From Eledone cirrhosa (lineage: Eukaryota): a stretch of 64,000 nucleotides of DNA. Each line of letters opens with the position of its first letter. Within the stretch, counting starts at the first letter, position 1. Positions 10,736-20,710 of the stretch are shown here, one piece after another. Made by a program: the position numbers and the translations under genes. Below the pieces are notes generated by a model that saw only the letters and a program-made list of their open reading frames with translations, did not search any database and was not told the origin of the DNA. The stretch covers positions 70,866,001 to 70,930,000 of the forward strand of contig OZ024742.1 in assembly GCA_964016885.1 (NCBI GenBank), read 5' to 3'.

Positions 10736-10799
10736 TTTATTCCTGTAACAGTAGTTGGAATGTTGAAGATCAGTGGAATAAATACCATACTTACTAAGT

Positions 10800-10905
10800 A
10801 ACAGTTAGCATCAGGAATGGAATCCCAGCTATAAAATACTGTCTCAAAAAAATTTCATCCAACCCATGCCAGCACAGAAAAGCTGACCTAAAAACAATGA
10901 TATGA
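10800..10905 (+). mobile_element. Degenerate RTE-type 3' tail fragment
   Basis: GTTAGCATCAGGAATGGAATCCCAGCTATAAAA...AACCCATGCCAGCACAGAAAA resembles the 3'UTR at 14490-14650. Confidence 0.55.
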
Positions 10906-11142
10906 ATTTAGAGTTATTAGATCTAGAGGACATTTAGTGTTATTTTGTAGCATTCGTGATGTTTAGCTACCACAAAGATGACTGCTATAAAAAATATTCC
11001 AATATTTATTCCTGTAATAGTATATTCTCGACCTAGTGTTTAGGGTATGGAACTTATAATGTAGTGTTGTGGGTGTCATTCCTCCAGTCCACTCAGTTGA
11101 AAATGAATATCAGCAGCTGGTGTTAACTTTGTGATGGACTGA

Positions 11143-11325
11143 CATCATCATTATCATCATCATCATCGTTTAACGTCCATCTTCCACGCTAGCATGGGTT
11201 AGACGGGAGTTGTGCCACTTGAGGCAAGGTTGGTCGGGTGACCGTGTCTCGCTCGTATAGGACTATCTGGCAGGCTTTCTACGGCTGGATGCCCTTCCTA
11301 ACACCAACCACATTTACAGTGTGGT
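11143..11325 (-). mobile_element. RTE-type 3'UTR fragment (or SINE sharing the RTE tail) with (GAT)n tail
   Basis: The reverse complement matches 14480-14652: GGTGTTAGGAAGGGCATCCAGCCGTAGAAA...ACCCATGCTAGCGTGGAAGATGGACGTTAAACGATGATG. Confidence 0.85.
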
Positions 11326-11887
11326 TCGTGTTAGGAAGGTTATGACATCGTACATAATAATAATAATGAAAATTGGGAAAGTTTTGTACTCTCAGTCACT
11401 TAAAAGATATTAAAACCAGGATAAGTATCAGCCGTTGTGCTTGGGACAAACTTGAACTTTTTTTAGTATGGCACCTATGTATTTTCATTTCATCAATTTC
11501 ATGGTGACCTCCCCTGAACTTAGATTTACATTAACTTAAGATGGTGCTATATTTGTTGAAGTAAGCACCAACTTATATTCTTTATTTAGAATTCATAGAA
11601 TACAATTAATAAGTGAGATAAAACAGAAGTGTGGGGGGGGGGGATTCTACACTCTCGGCTGTGCCCCCCCCCCCACACACACACACACAAAATGGTAAAA
11701 ACATTGCTGTGAAGACCACTCAATGATAGCTATTGTATCAGACTTAACAATGATCATGAAGCTCTTGAGAATGTTGGAGCTAACAATATTCATATATAGA
11801 TAGATAGATAAACAAATAGTATATATATATATATACTAACTCCTTTAAATGCTTAGATGGCTCAGTAGCATTAGGGGATAGTTTCCA

Positions 11888-12820
11888 TTATCTAGGCAAC
11901 CAAATTAGCAGTGGAGGTGGATGTTCTGAAAGTACTGTAGCTAGAGAGAGAATGAGATGGACAAAGTTTAGGGAGCTACTAACACTGCTAGCCACAAAAG
12001 GTTTTTTCCTCAAAATGAAGGGCAGATTGTATGATGCATGTATATGAACAGCAATGTTACATAGTGAAACCTGGGCACTGTGTGCAGAGGACCTATGAAG
12101 ATTGGAAAGAAATGAAGCTTCCATGCTTCGATAGATGTGTAATAGTAATATACATCAATGGCAAAGCATAAATGAACTGAGAGAGAAACTAGGTATAAGA
12201 GGAGTCAGATGCAGTGTGCAGGAGAAGAGAATGCGTTGATATAGACATATGATGCATATGAAGGATGACAGCTGTGTAAAAAGGTACAGGGCCTCAAGGC
12301 TGATGGAAGCTATGATGTCGGAAGACTTGGGAAGATGTGATAAAAGCTGACCTTGCACAATTACACTTCTTGAAGGCAATGACACAAGGCTGCGATTTCT
12401 GGTGTTATACAGAAATTCAGAGGACCTGCCTTCCCATGTGCACAGGTGGAAGTATACATCTTTCCCCCCTCCACCTTTTTATACACTTCCACATCCTAAC
12501 AACCCTCCCCTTCTTGTACCACCCATGTCTTAACACTTCACCCATGCCTTAATACCTCACACATGCCTCTAGATCTACCTCCCCAATCTCCCTCACTCAA
12601 GTCCCCAGCCTACATTGTAAAGAGGTCGTGATTGCAAAATGACAAAAAGCGCCCAGCCCACACTGTAAATGTATGTGGTTGGTGTTAGCAAGGGCATCCA
12701 GCCGTAGAAACCAAGCCTGTATGAGCAAGTCATGGTCATCAGACTTGGCTTGTCTCACAACAGGGCAACTCATCTAACCCATGCTAGCATGGAAAATGGA
12801 CATATAGTGATGATGATGAT
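11888..12820 (+). mobile_element. RTE-like LINE, 5'-truncated, degenerate
   Basis: Collinear with 13778-14652 but with stops and indels; 3'UTR and (GAT)n tail at 12808-12820. Confidence 0.9.
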
Positions 12821-12822
12821 AT

Positions 12823-12877
12823 ATCATCATCATCATCATCGTTTAACATCCATCTTCCATGCTAGCATGAGTTAGAC

Positions 12878-12879
<2 letters not shown>
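12823..12879 (-). mobile_element. Short RTE-type 3' end in opposite orientation
   Basis: (CAT)n-CGTTTAACATCCATCTTCCATGCTAGCATGAGTTAGACGG is nearly identical to 11155-11207. Confidence 0.85.
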
Positions 12880-12911
<32 letters not shown>

Positions 12912-12914
<3 letters not shown>

Positions 12915-14352
12915 GAAACTATAGAGGTATAAAGTTGATGGACCAGGTCATGAAAGTAACAGAAAGAGTTATAGCACAGTTGATTAGGGACCGGGTGAAA
13001 ATAGACAAGATACAATTTGGGTTTGTACCAGGAAGAGGCACCACTGATGCCCTCTTCCTTGTGAGGCAATTACAGGAAAAGTACCTAGCTAAAAGTAAGC
13101 CACTCTACTTGGCATTTGTCGACCTTGAGAAAGCTTTGACAGAGTTCCACGTGCTGTAATCTGGTGGGCTCTTAGAAAACTAGGAGTAGATGAATGGCTT
13201 GTGAAAGCAGTACAAGCCATGTATAGGGGAGCAGTCAGCAAAGTTAGGATTAGCAATGAGTATAGCGAGGAATTTAGCGTACAGGTTGGGGTCCACCAGG
13301 GCTCTGTTCTTAGCCCCCTCCTGTTCATCATAGTCCTGCAGGCAATAACGGAGGAGTTTAAGACAGGATGCCCATGGGAACTCCTGTATGCTGATGACCT
13401 CGCACTCATAGCTGAATCTATGGTAGAACTAGAGAATAAATTCCAAACTTGGAAGCAGGGACTAGAAAGAAAGGGTCTCAAAGTCAACATGACAAAGACT
13501 AAGGTCTTTGTAAGTAGACGAGAAAACAGAACCCAGATCCCCTCAGGGAAATGGCCTTGCTCAGTATGTAGGAAAGGTGTAGGTAGGAACTCCATTCTCT
13601 GCCCCAAATGCAAACAATGGGTACACAAGAGATGTAGCGGGATCTCAGGAAGCTTAATTAAAAATGTAGGCTTCACATGCAGCAGCTGTGCTGAGACAGC
13701 AAGCAGCAAACAGCCACAGGAAATAAGTACCACCAATCTCTGGGAGGGCTCTGTAGAAACAGTAGACAGCTTCTGCTACCTAGGTGACCGAATTAGCAGT
13801 GGAGGAGGGTGTTCAGAAAGTACAATAACTAGGGTAAGAACGGGATGGAAGAAGTTTAGGGAACTACTACCACTGCTAGCTGCAAAAGGCTTCTCCCTCA
13901 GAATGAAAGGCAGACTGTATGATGCGTGTATCCGAACAGCAGTGTTGCATGGTAGTGAGACCTGGGCGCTGAAGGTGGAAGACTTATGTAGATTAGAGAG
14001 AAACGAAGCCTGCATGCTCCGATGGATGTGTAACAGTAATATACGTGAACGACAAAGCATAAATGAATTGAGAGAGAGACTGAGCATAAGAGGAATCAAA
14101 TGCTGTGTGCAGGAGAGGTGGTTGTGCTGGTATGGACATGTGATGCGTATGAAGGATGACAGCTGCATAAAAAGGTGCAGAGCACTAGAAGTCGATGGAA
14201 ACCGCGGAGTGGGGAGACCCAAGATTACCTGGGATGAGGTGATAAAAGCCGACCTTACCCAATTACACCTCCCAAAGGCAATGACACACGACCGTGACTT
14301 CTGGCGTCACGCAGTAATACAGAGTACCCGACCTCCCATGGGTACAAGCTGA
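12912..14352 (+). pseudogene. Reverse transcriptase ORF2 fragment of RTE-like LINE with embedded PHD finger; one frameshift
   Basis: ORFs 12935-13159 and 13201-14352 join if one T is restored at about 13135 (GCT TTG ACA becomes GCT TTT GAC AGA GTT CCA, AFDRVP). YADD lies at about 13387-13398. Confidence 0.9.
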
Positions 14353-14654
14353 AGCATATAGACAATATGCCCCCACACCCCCCCACCGCAAGGTGGCCGT
14401 GGAGGTGCCACGGCAAAAAAGCACCCAGCCCACACTGTAAAGTGGACGTGTAGGCGCCACGAAAAAGCACCCAGCACTCACTGTAAATGAGGTTGGTGTT
14501 AGGAAGGGCATCCAGCTGTAGAAATCAAGCCAAATCAGTTCCTGTATGAGCAAGGCATGGTCAGCCGACCAGAGACTGCCCACAACAGGACAACCCGTCT
14601 CACCCATGCTAGCGAGGAAGAATGGACGTAAAACGGTGATGATGATGATGATGA
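12912..14654 (+). mobile_element. RTE-like LINE, 5'-truncated, relatively young, inserted in (TA)n
   Basis: RT motifs NYRGIKL, QFGFVPGRGTTDA, FVDLEKA(F)DRVP, GVHQGSVLSPLLF, LYADDL, FCYLG, HGSETW and WYGHV; 3'UTR with subrepeats and (GAT)n tail; TA repeats on both sides. Confidence 0.93.
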
Positions 14655-14663
14655 TATATACAT

Positions 14664-15503
14664 TCTATCCCAAATGCAAGCTATAGGTACACAAGAGATG
14701 TAATGGGATCTCAGGTATGTTAGCTAAGAATGTAGGTTTTTTTCCCTCAAAATTAAGGGCAGATTGTATGATGCGTGTATACAAATAGCAATGTAACATG
14801 GTAGTGCTGTGTGCAGAGGACCTACGAAGATTGGAAAGAAATGAAACCTGCATGCTTCGATGGATGTGTAATAGTAATATGCATGAATGGTAAAGCATAC
14901 ATGAACTGAGAAACTATGCATAAAAGGGATCAGATGCAGAGTATAGGAAGACTTGAGATGAGGTGATAAAAGCTGACTTTGCACAATTACACCTCTCAAA
15001 GGCAATGACGTGGGATCAAGATCTCTGGTTTTATGCAGGAATACAGAAGACCTGCCTTCACTTGTGCATAGGTTGAATCATATATCTTGTGTGCACCACT
15101 TTCTCTTACCTTTTCCTTTCATGCATCTCCCATGTCCTAACACCCCACCCTAGATCTACCTCTCCAATCCCATGCACCTCCCCCAGTCCACGCAGTAAAG
15201 TGGTCGTTTTTGATGCCACAACAAAAATCACCGTCCACACTGTAAAGAGGTCTTGTTGGTGACAACAAAAATCACCCAGTCCACACAGTAAAGTGGTAGT
15301 CTAGGTGCCACAATAAAAAGCACCCTGTCGTCTCTGTAAATTTGGTTGGCATTAGGAAGGGCATCCAGCTGTAGAAACCAAGCCACATTCAGTTCTATAT
15401 GAACAAGACATGGTCATCTGATCTGGCTTGTCTCACAACCGAACAACCCCTCTAAACTATGCTAGCATGGAAAAATGGACGCTATATGGTGATGATGATG
15501 ATA
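14664..15503 (+). mobile_element. RTE-like LINE relic with several internal deletions
   Basis: A PHD-coding piece is joined to later ORF2 pieces. The 3'UTR has three approximately 47-bp subrepeats (CCACAC.GTAAAGTGG...CACAA..AAAA.CACC) and a (GAT)n tail. Confidence 0.87.
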
Positions 15504-15698
15504 TATAGGAGATGAATAAAAGTGGATATGAGACCCGTTCATTACCAAATGTGAAAAAGCTCAATGTATGGGAGAATGCAGAGCATCCGCCAAATCCTAC
15601 ATTGATATCCTGACGATTCTTTACTGTGACTTGGTAATATAGAAGTTGAAACGTGCTTAGACATTAATAAATCATGTCACCTGGCATATATATAACAC

Positions 15699-15789
15699 AT
15701 TTAATATAGAAATGGCTTCTACGGGACTAGAATTGATTTCCTTAGAATGAAACAGTTCTAGTCCCATAGAATCCATTTCTATATTAAAT
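15699..15789. repeat. Inverted repeat with about 41-bp arms and 8-nt loop
   Basis: ATTTAATATAGAAATGGCTTCTACGGGACTAGAATTGATTTC versus the reverse complement of the right arm, ATTTAATATAGAAATGGATTCTATGGGACTAGAACTGTTTC. Confidence 0.92.
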
Positions 15790-16030
15790 TTATTGTTTAC
15801 ACTCTACTAATATATTGAGTACTTTATTTGCTGTGGTTACCCACGATTGAACCTGGGACTTGCACATATATATATATATATAATAAGATACACACACAGA
15901 TACATTAGGTATATTTTGTCTATTTTCTCCTCACATTTATAATTTTGTAAAACAAATATTCTTATTACTATATATATATAAAATATACAACTTCGATATT
16001 TTACTCACTTCCACTCTTACATATATATAT

Positions 16031-16230
16031 CCCGCCTAAACCCCTGCTAGCGTGGAAGAAAGATAGACGTTAAACGACGACGACGATGATGATGATGATG
16101 ATGATGATGAGGAGGAGGAGGAGGAGGATTATGATGATGAGGATGATGATGATGAGGACGAGGATGAGGATGATGATGATGATGAGGAGGATGAGGATGA
16201 GGATGAGGATGATGATGATGATGATGAGGA

Positions 16231-16269
<39 letters not shown>

Positions 16270-16290
16270 TATTATATATATATAATATAC
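16031..16290 (+). repeat. RTE-type 3' end remnant whose tail expanded into a compound (GAC)(GAT)(GAG)n microsatellite, followed by (TA)n
   Basis: CCCTGCTAGCGTGGAAG...GACGTTAAACGAC, then GAT/GAG triplets to 16233 and TA repeats to about 16290. Confidence 0.9.
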
Positions 16291-16622
16291 AAAGTTTGGA
16301 CGATAAAGTCCTTTATTGATAATGCCGTAATACATATTTCGAGGACGACATTGGCTGCGCAATTCATCGAAGAAGCCACTGCCATGCTCTCTTCAGACGG
16401 CGTCTTACATAATAAAGTTACAATCAAGGAGGTAATCCAAAATTGAAGTGATAAGGGAACAGACAAACAGCGATGTTCATGAATCAAATGCAGAGGTCCG
16501 ATGCGCTTTTGATTCCAGAGTCGTACCAGATCGATACAGATCGGACCTTGAGCTGATCAATAGCAAAACGCGCGTCATCAATCAATATGAAGGCGTAGCC
16601 ATTCGTGCTTATATTATTATAT

Positions 16623-16716
16623 TTTGCCTTTCACCCTTATGGGGTCGATAAAATAAAGTACCAGTAATACACTGAATAATTGCTGGCCTTGTGCCAAAAG
16701 TAGAAACAATTATTAT
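16623..16716 (+). mobile_element. SINE 3' half, directly upstream of a full copy
   Basis: Nearly identical to 16816-16908. Confidence 0.85.
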
Positions 16717-16718
16717 AT

Positions 16719-16910
16719 TTTGGATTGGCAGTATCGGTAGAGAGTCGGACACCATGCTTTGATGCATAGAGTTACGGCTCTTACCATTCTGAGTTCAAAT
16801 CCCGCCGAGGTTAACTTTGCCTTTCATCCTTACGGGGTCGATAAAATAAAGTACCAGTAATACTGGAATAACTGCTGGCCGTGTGCCAAAAGTAGAAACA
16901 GTTATTATAT
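16719..16910 (+). mobile_element. tRNA-type SINE, best-preserved copy in the window
   Basis: A-box-like TGGCAGTATCGG, B-box GAGTTCAAATCCC, core TTTGCCTTTCATCCTTACGGGGTCGATAAAATAAAGTACCAGT and an ATT-rich tail. Confidence 0.88.
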
Positions 16911-17496
16911 TATCCCTCTGTCTAGCTCGAGAGCACTCCAACTATAAATCAGTATATATATCGAATTAATGTGAAATGGACTCGTCTTGATATTGAAACG
17001 TGATTGGTTAAATTAACATTAGCAAACATTGTTGTCATCGCAACCTATTATATCAATTATGGCTTTGCTATTTAGTGTTGGTATTGGTATTGTTGTGTTG
17101 ACTTCTATGTGGATTTTGGCTCTAGCTGTTTGTTTATCTTCAACTTATGCTACTGGAAATATCAGGCAAGAAATGCATATTTTATAGATGTTTCTATAAA
17201 CCCATAATTTTAAAAGATGATTCACTCTTCTATTATCAACTGTTTATAATAATCGTCATGATAGCAGTTTTATCTAAATTCATATAAATTACTCTAATGT
17301 TTTTAAGTTACAAATAACAATATGGAATATGTTTAATAGTAAGACATAAATTTATTTACGAAATCTATAGGCAACCAGCTTAAAATATACACTCAAGTGA
17401 AAATAGAAATCTTTTAATGTAACTACAAAAAACTTTTTGAGTTAACAACTACGTGAAATGTCATATAATTTAATGTTTTGTTGGTAATACTTAAAG

Positions 17497-17508
17497 CAGT
17501 GGTTCTCA

Positions 17509-17552
<44 letters not shown>

Positions 17553-17990
17553 TGGACCCTTTTAATTCCTATTTTACTCTTGTGGATCCCCATAGCTATC
17601 CGATATTTTACAAAATCCTAATTTTATATATATTATTTTAAGAATTGTATAAAAAACTAAAAATATTTTGTGTATTGTACAAGTATAACTAATTTATTGC
17701 ATATCAACTTTAACGAATAAATTCTATGTAAAATAAGTCATAAATACCGACAGTATTCCGTTGAATATTTGTCTTGTATTTTTATTTTATCACTAAAGAA
17801 TGTAGCAAAACAAAAAGTTTCTTTCTCTAACACCTAAGATAGTTTCTTGCAATAAATACGTCTAAAGTAAAAGTTTTTCGTGGACCCCTAAAATACTATC
17901 GTGGATCCCTAATTTACTATTTTACTTCTGTGGACTCCAAAAGATGTCATAGATCCCGAAAGCCATGTTAATTCCGGTTGAAAACAACTG
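17497..17990. mobile_element. Non-autonomous hAT (Charlie-like) DNA transposon / MITE
   Basis: TIRs CAGTGGTTCTCAGCC and GGTTGAAAACAACTG; subterminal GTGGAYCCC repeats; internal poly-T; no 8-bp TSD recognisable. Confidence 0.75.
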
Positions 17991-18295
17991 AAAAACAAAT
18001 TTCACCCTTTCGAGTGTAAAGTTTCGTGGGCAGCAACACTTAAATTAAGTGACGCTTAAAGTAACCAATTTCATTCAACTTATTTTGTTTAAATTGAACT
18101 AAAAAAAAATCAGACTCTATAGTATACTAGTGTGTCCGTGTATTCAAATATTTGAAGGGTATTAAATAATTCCAGAGAGGTGGAATCATGGACTCAGCGG
18201 TCTGAAACACATTTTTCAAAACAATCTGTTGGCAGTTCGATTCATTTTGGTCTTCATGCATGCTCTAATATTTAATTGCAGTTTCCTTTGTTTTC

Positions 18296-18547
18296 CATTT
18301 TTCTTTATCTTCTTTTTTTTATGCTCCTTCTGCTTCCCGTTGGCCCTCCACTACCAAATGTGACAATCGGCCGCACCTCACACCTTAGAGGTTAACTGCA
18401 CACTTTCAGGCAAGCCAACACGCTCGCAGTATTACCACGGGTGATGGTGAGGCTGAGGCGCTGAAATAACCAGGCACGTTCACAGGCATCACTTGACACC
18501 TCAGTGAGGTGAGCCGCCAGTGAAGACGAGAACTTCGCTGTCAGCGG
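18296..18547 (-). mobile_element. 3' fragment of a CRE-like (restriction-like endonuclease) non-LTR retrotransposon
   Basis: The peptide ERAWLFQRLSLTITRGNTASVLA-stop (stop at 18392-18394) fits the CRE C-terminal consensus as I recall it (QRLS.A..RGNA..VL). A short 3'UTR and an A-rich tail follow at about 18296-18320. Confidence 0.7.
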
Positions 18548-18555
18548 CTCTAGAT

Positions 18556-18701
18556 CAGGCATGGACAACCTTTTTAGGGCAGTGAACCACATAAGATGGT
18601 GCTTATTATAAAGATGGCCACATACCCAAAATATTCAAGACAATTTTGAAATTTTTTGTGCCATACAGAAAGCCAAATGGACCACAATTTGCCAATGGCT
18701 G
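18556..18701. mobile_element. 146-bp hAT-Charlie-like MITE with perfect 8-bp TSD
   Basis: CTCTAGAT at 18548-18555 and 18702-18709 (NTCTAGAN target); imperfect TIRs CAGGCATGGACAA and TTGCCAATGGCTG. Confidence 0.85.
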
Positions 18702-18747
18702 CTCTAGATCAAAATCTGTTATATTCCATATTGTATTCTGTACTGTT

Positions 18748-19695
18748 GGATGTAGGAATGTAGGTAGATATGTTGTCAGTAGGAATGTAGATAGGTTGTC
18801 TATGGGAATGTAGACAGATATGTTGTATGTAAGAATGTAGGTAGATATGTTGTATGTAAGAATGTAGGTAGATAGGTTGTCTATGGGAATGTAGACAGAT
18901 ATGTTGTATGTAAGAATGTAGGTAGATATGTTGTATGTAAGAATGTAGGTAGATATGTTGTCTATGGGAATGTAGACAGATATGTTGTATGTAAGAATGT
19001 AGGTAGATATGTTGTCTATGGGAATGTAGACAGATATGTTGTATGTAAGAATGTAGGTAGATATGTTGTATGTAAGAATGTAGGTAGATATGTTGTCTAT
19101 GGGAATGTAGACAGATATGTTGTATGTAAGAATGTAGGTAGATATGTTGTCTATGGGAATGTAGGTAGATATGTTGTCTATGGGAATGTAGACAGATATG
19201 TTGTATGTAAGAATGTAGGTAGATATGTTGTATGTAAGAATGTAGGTAGATATGTTGTCTATGGGAATGTAGACAGATATGTTGTATGTAAGAATGTAGG
19301 TAGATATGTTGTCTATGGGAATGTAGGTAGATATGTTGTCTATGGGAATGTAGACAGATATGTTGTATGTAAGAATGTAGGTAGATATGTTGTCTGTGGG
19401 AATGTAGGTAGATATGTTGTCTATGGGAATGTAGACAGATATGTTGTATGTAAGAATGTAGGTAGATATGTTGTCTGTGGGAATGTAGGTAGATATGTTG
19501 TCTGTGGGGATGTGGTGATGTCTGTGGAAATGTAGGTAGATGTGTTGATGTCTGGTGGAATGTAGGTAGGTAGATATGTCGATGTCTGGGAATGTAGAGT
19601 TATGTCGATGTCTGTGGGAATGAAGGTAGGTGTGTTGATGTCTAGGAATGTAGACCGATGTTTTGTCTGTGTGAATATAAATATGTTGATGTTTT
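18748..19695. repeat. 27-bp minisatellite, about 33 copies, with alternating variants and a decaying right end
   Basis: Units GGGAATGTAGACAGATATGTTGTATGT and AAGAATGTAGGTAGATATGTTGTCTAT. Confidence 0.95.
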
Positions 19696-20159
19696 ACAAA
19701 GTGAATTGATTGTGTTGCAGAAAATATTATAGAAAACATACATAGATATGTGATTGTAAAGTCAAAATCTTTACAAGCCAATAATGTGAAGCAGTAAAGA
19801 TAGACATCATACTATATATCCTATAAATATATATAAAATAAAGTATTTTTTTTTCTGTTACATTTTAGATACCTCGGAAGTATTTTAGTGTTGTTGAGCA
19901 CCTTACTAACATTAATTTTAGTCTTCACTCCAAGGAAAGTAAAGAATCCAGTACCTTTTGATGAAAATCTGGTAAAATCCTTTTAACTATTTTTCTTAAA
20001 GTACCTCTTTCCTTCTCTTACCATTCCATCCCTCTGTTTCCCCCTTCAAACTCATATTCATACTCTTTCATTGAACCTCTTGGTGATCATGCCCTTTCAA
20101 ATCTCATTTTCTGGAATATTTGTCTTGAAATAACTGCAACAACATGAGAGCTATGGAAG

Positions 20160-20505
20160 GCGAAAAGCAACTTCTTTAATGCTGGTGCCACAATAAAAGG
20201 CACCTCAGTACAGTCTGTAAAGTGGTTGGCAATTTAATGGAAAAACTGTAAGGCAGAAAGGACTTGTTTAGACTTGCTGAGGACATAATAACCTCTCTAG
20301 TGCTGATGCCAGTACATTCTGTAAAATGGTTGGTGTTATGAAAAGAATCCAACTGTAGAAACCAAGCTGAAAATGGAACCTACAAATGAGATGTGGGCCT
20401 CCAACCTTTCTAGAAGGGTAATAACTTTGAATAAGAACTGATTTTGATCATAACAACCTGTCTAACCCTCGCCAGTATGGAAAGCAAACATGACGATAAT
20501 AATGG
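20160..20505 (+). mobile_element. Old RTE-tail-related element (3'UTR-like)
   Basis: GGTGCCACAATAAAAGGCACC...CTGTAAAGTGGTTGGC, GTTGGTGTTA...ATCCAACTGTAGAAACC and CTAACCCTCGCCAGTATGGAAA resemble the 3'UTR at 14400-14650. Confidence 0.65.
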
Positions 20506-20635
20506 TGCTTAAGCATACTTTAAATTTATTGTTCGTAGTAGATATTGTTAGTGTAGAAAACTGAGTCAATAATAGAATTTCCCTAAACTGAAATTTAGGG
20601 TGTTGGATGAAATATCTTAGTATTTTTTCAAGCGC

Positions 20636-20710
20636 CCCTGAGTTCAAATCCCACCAAAGTCTGCTTTACCTTTCATCGTATCGGGGTTAATAAATAAAGT
20701 ACTGGTCAAG
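20636..20710 (+). mobile_element. SINE fragment (B-box and core)
   Basis: CTGAGTTCAAATCCCACC...TTTACCTTTCATC...GGGGTTAATAAATAAAGTAC. Confidence 0.7.

Noticed and set aside
8937-14222. Antisense ORFs (8937-9509, 10205-10444, 13089-13736, 13776-14222)
   Set aside because: They are shadow frames opposite LINE coding sequence.
16086-16362. Poly-M/R and poly-S ORFs
   Set aside because: They are translations of (GAT/GAG)n and (TA)n microsatellites.
16719-16810. tRNA gene
   Set aside because: It has A/B-box-like motifs but no cloverleaf and continues into a multi-copy SINE body.
18606-19781. 391-aa ORF with 9-aa repeats
   Set aside because: It results from a 27-bp minisatellite lacking stops in one frame, its end runs into a MITE, and it has no domain signature.
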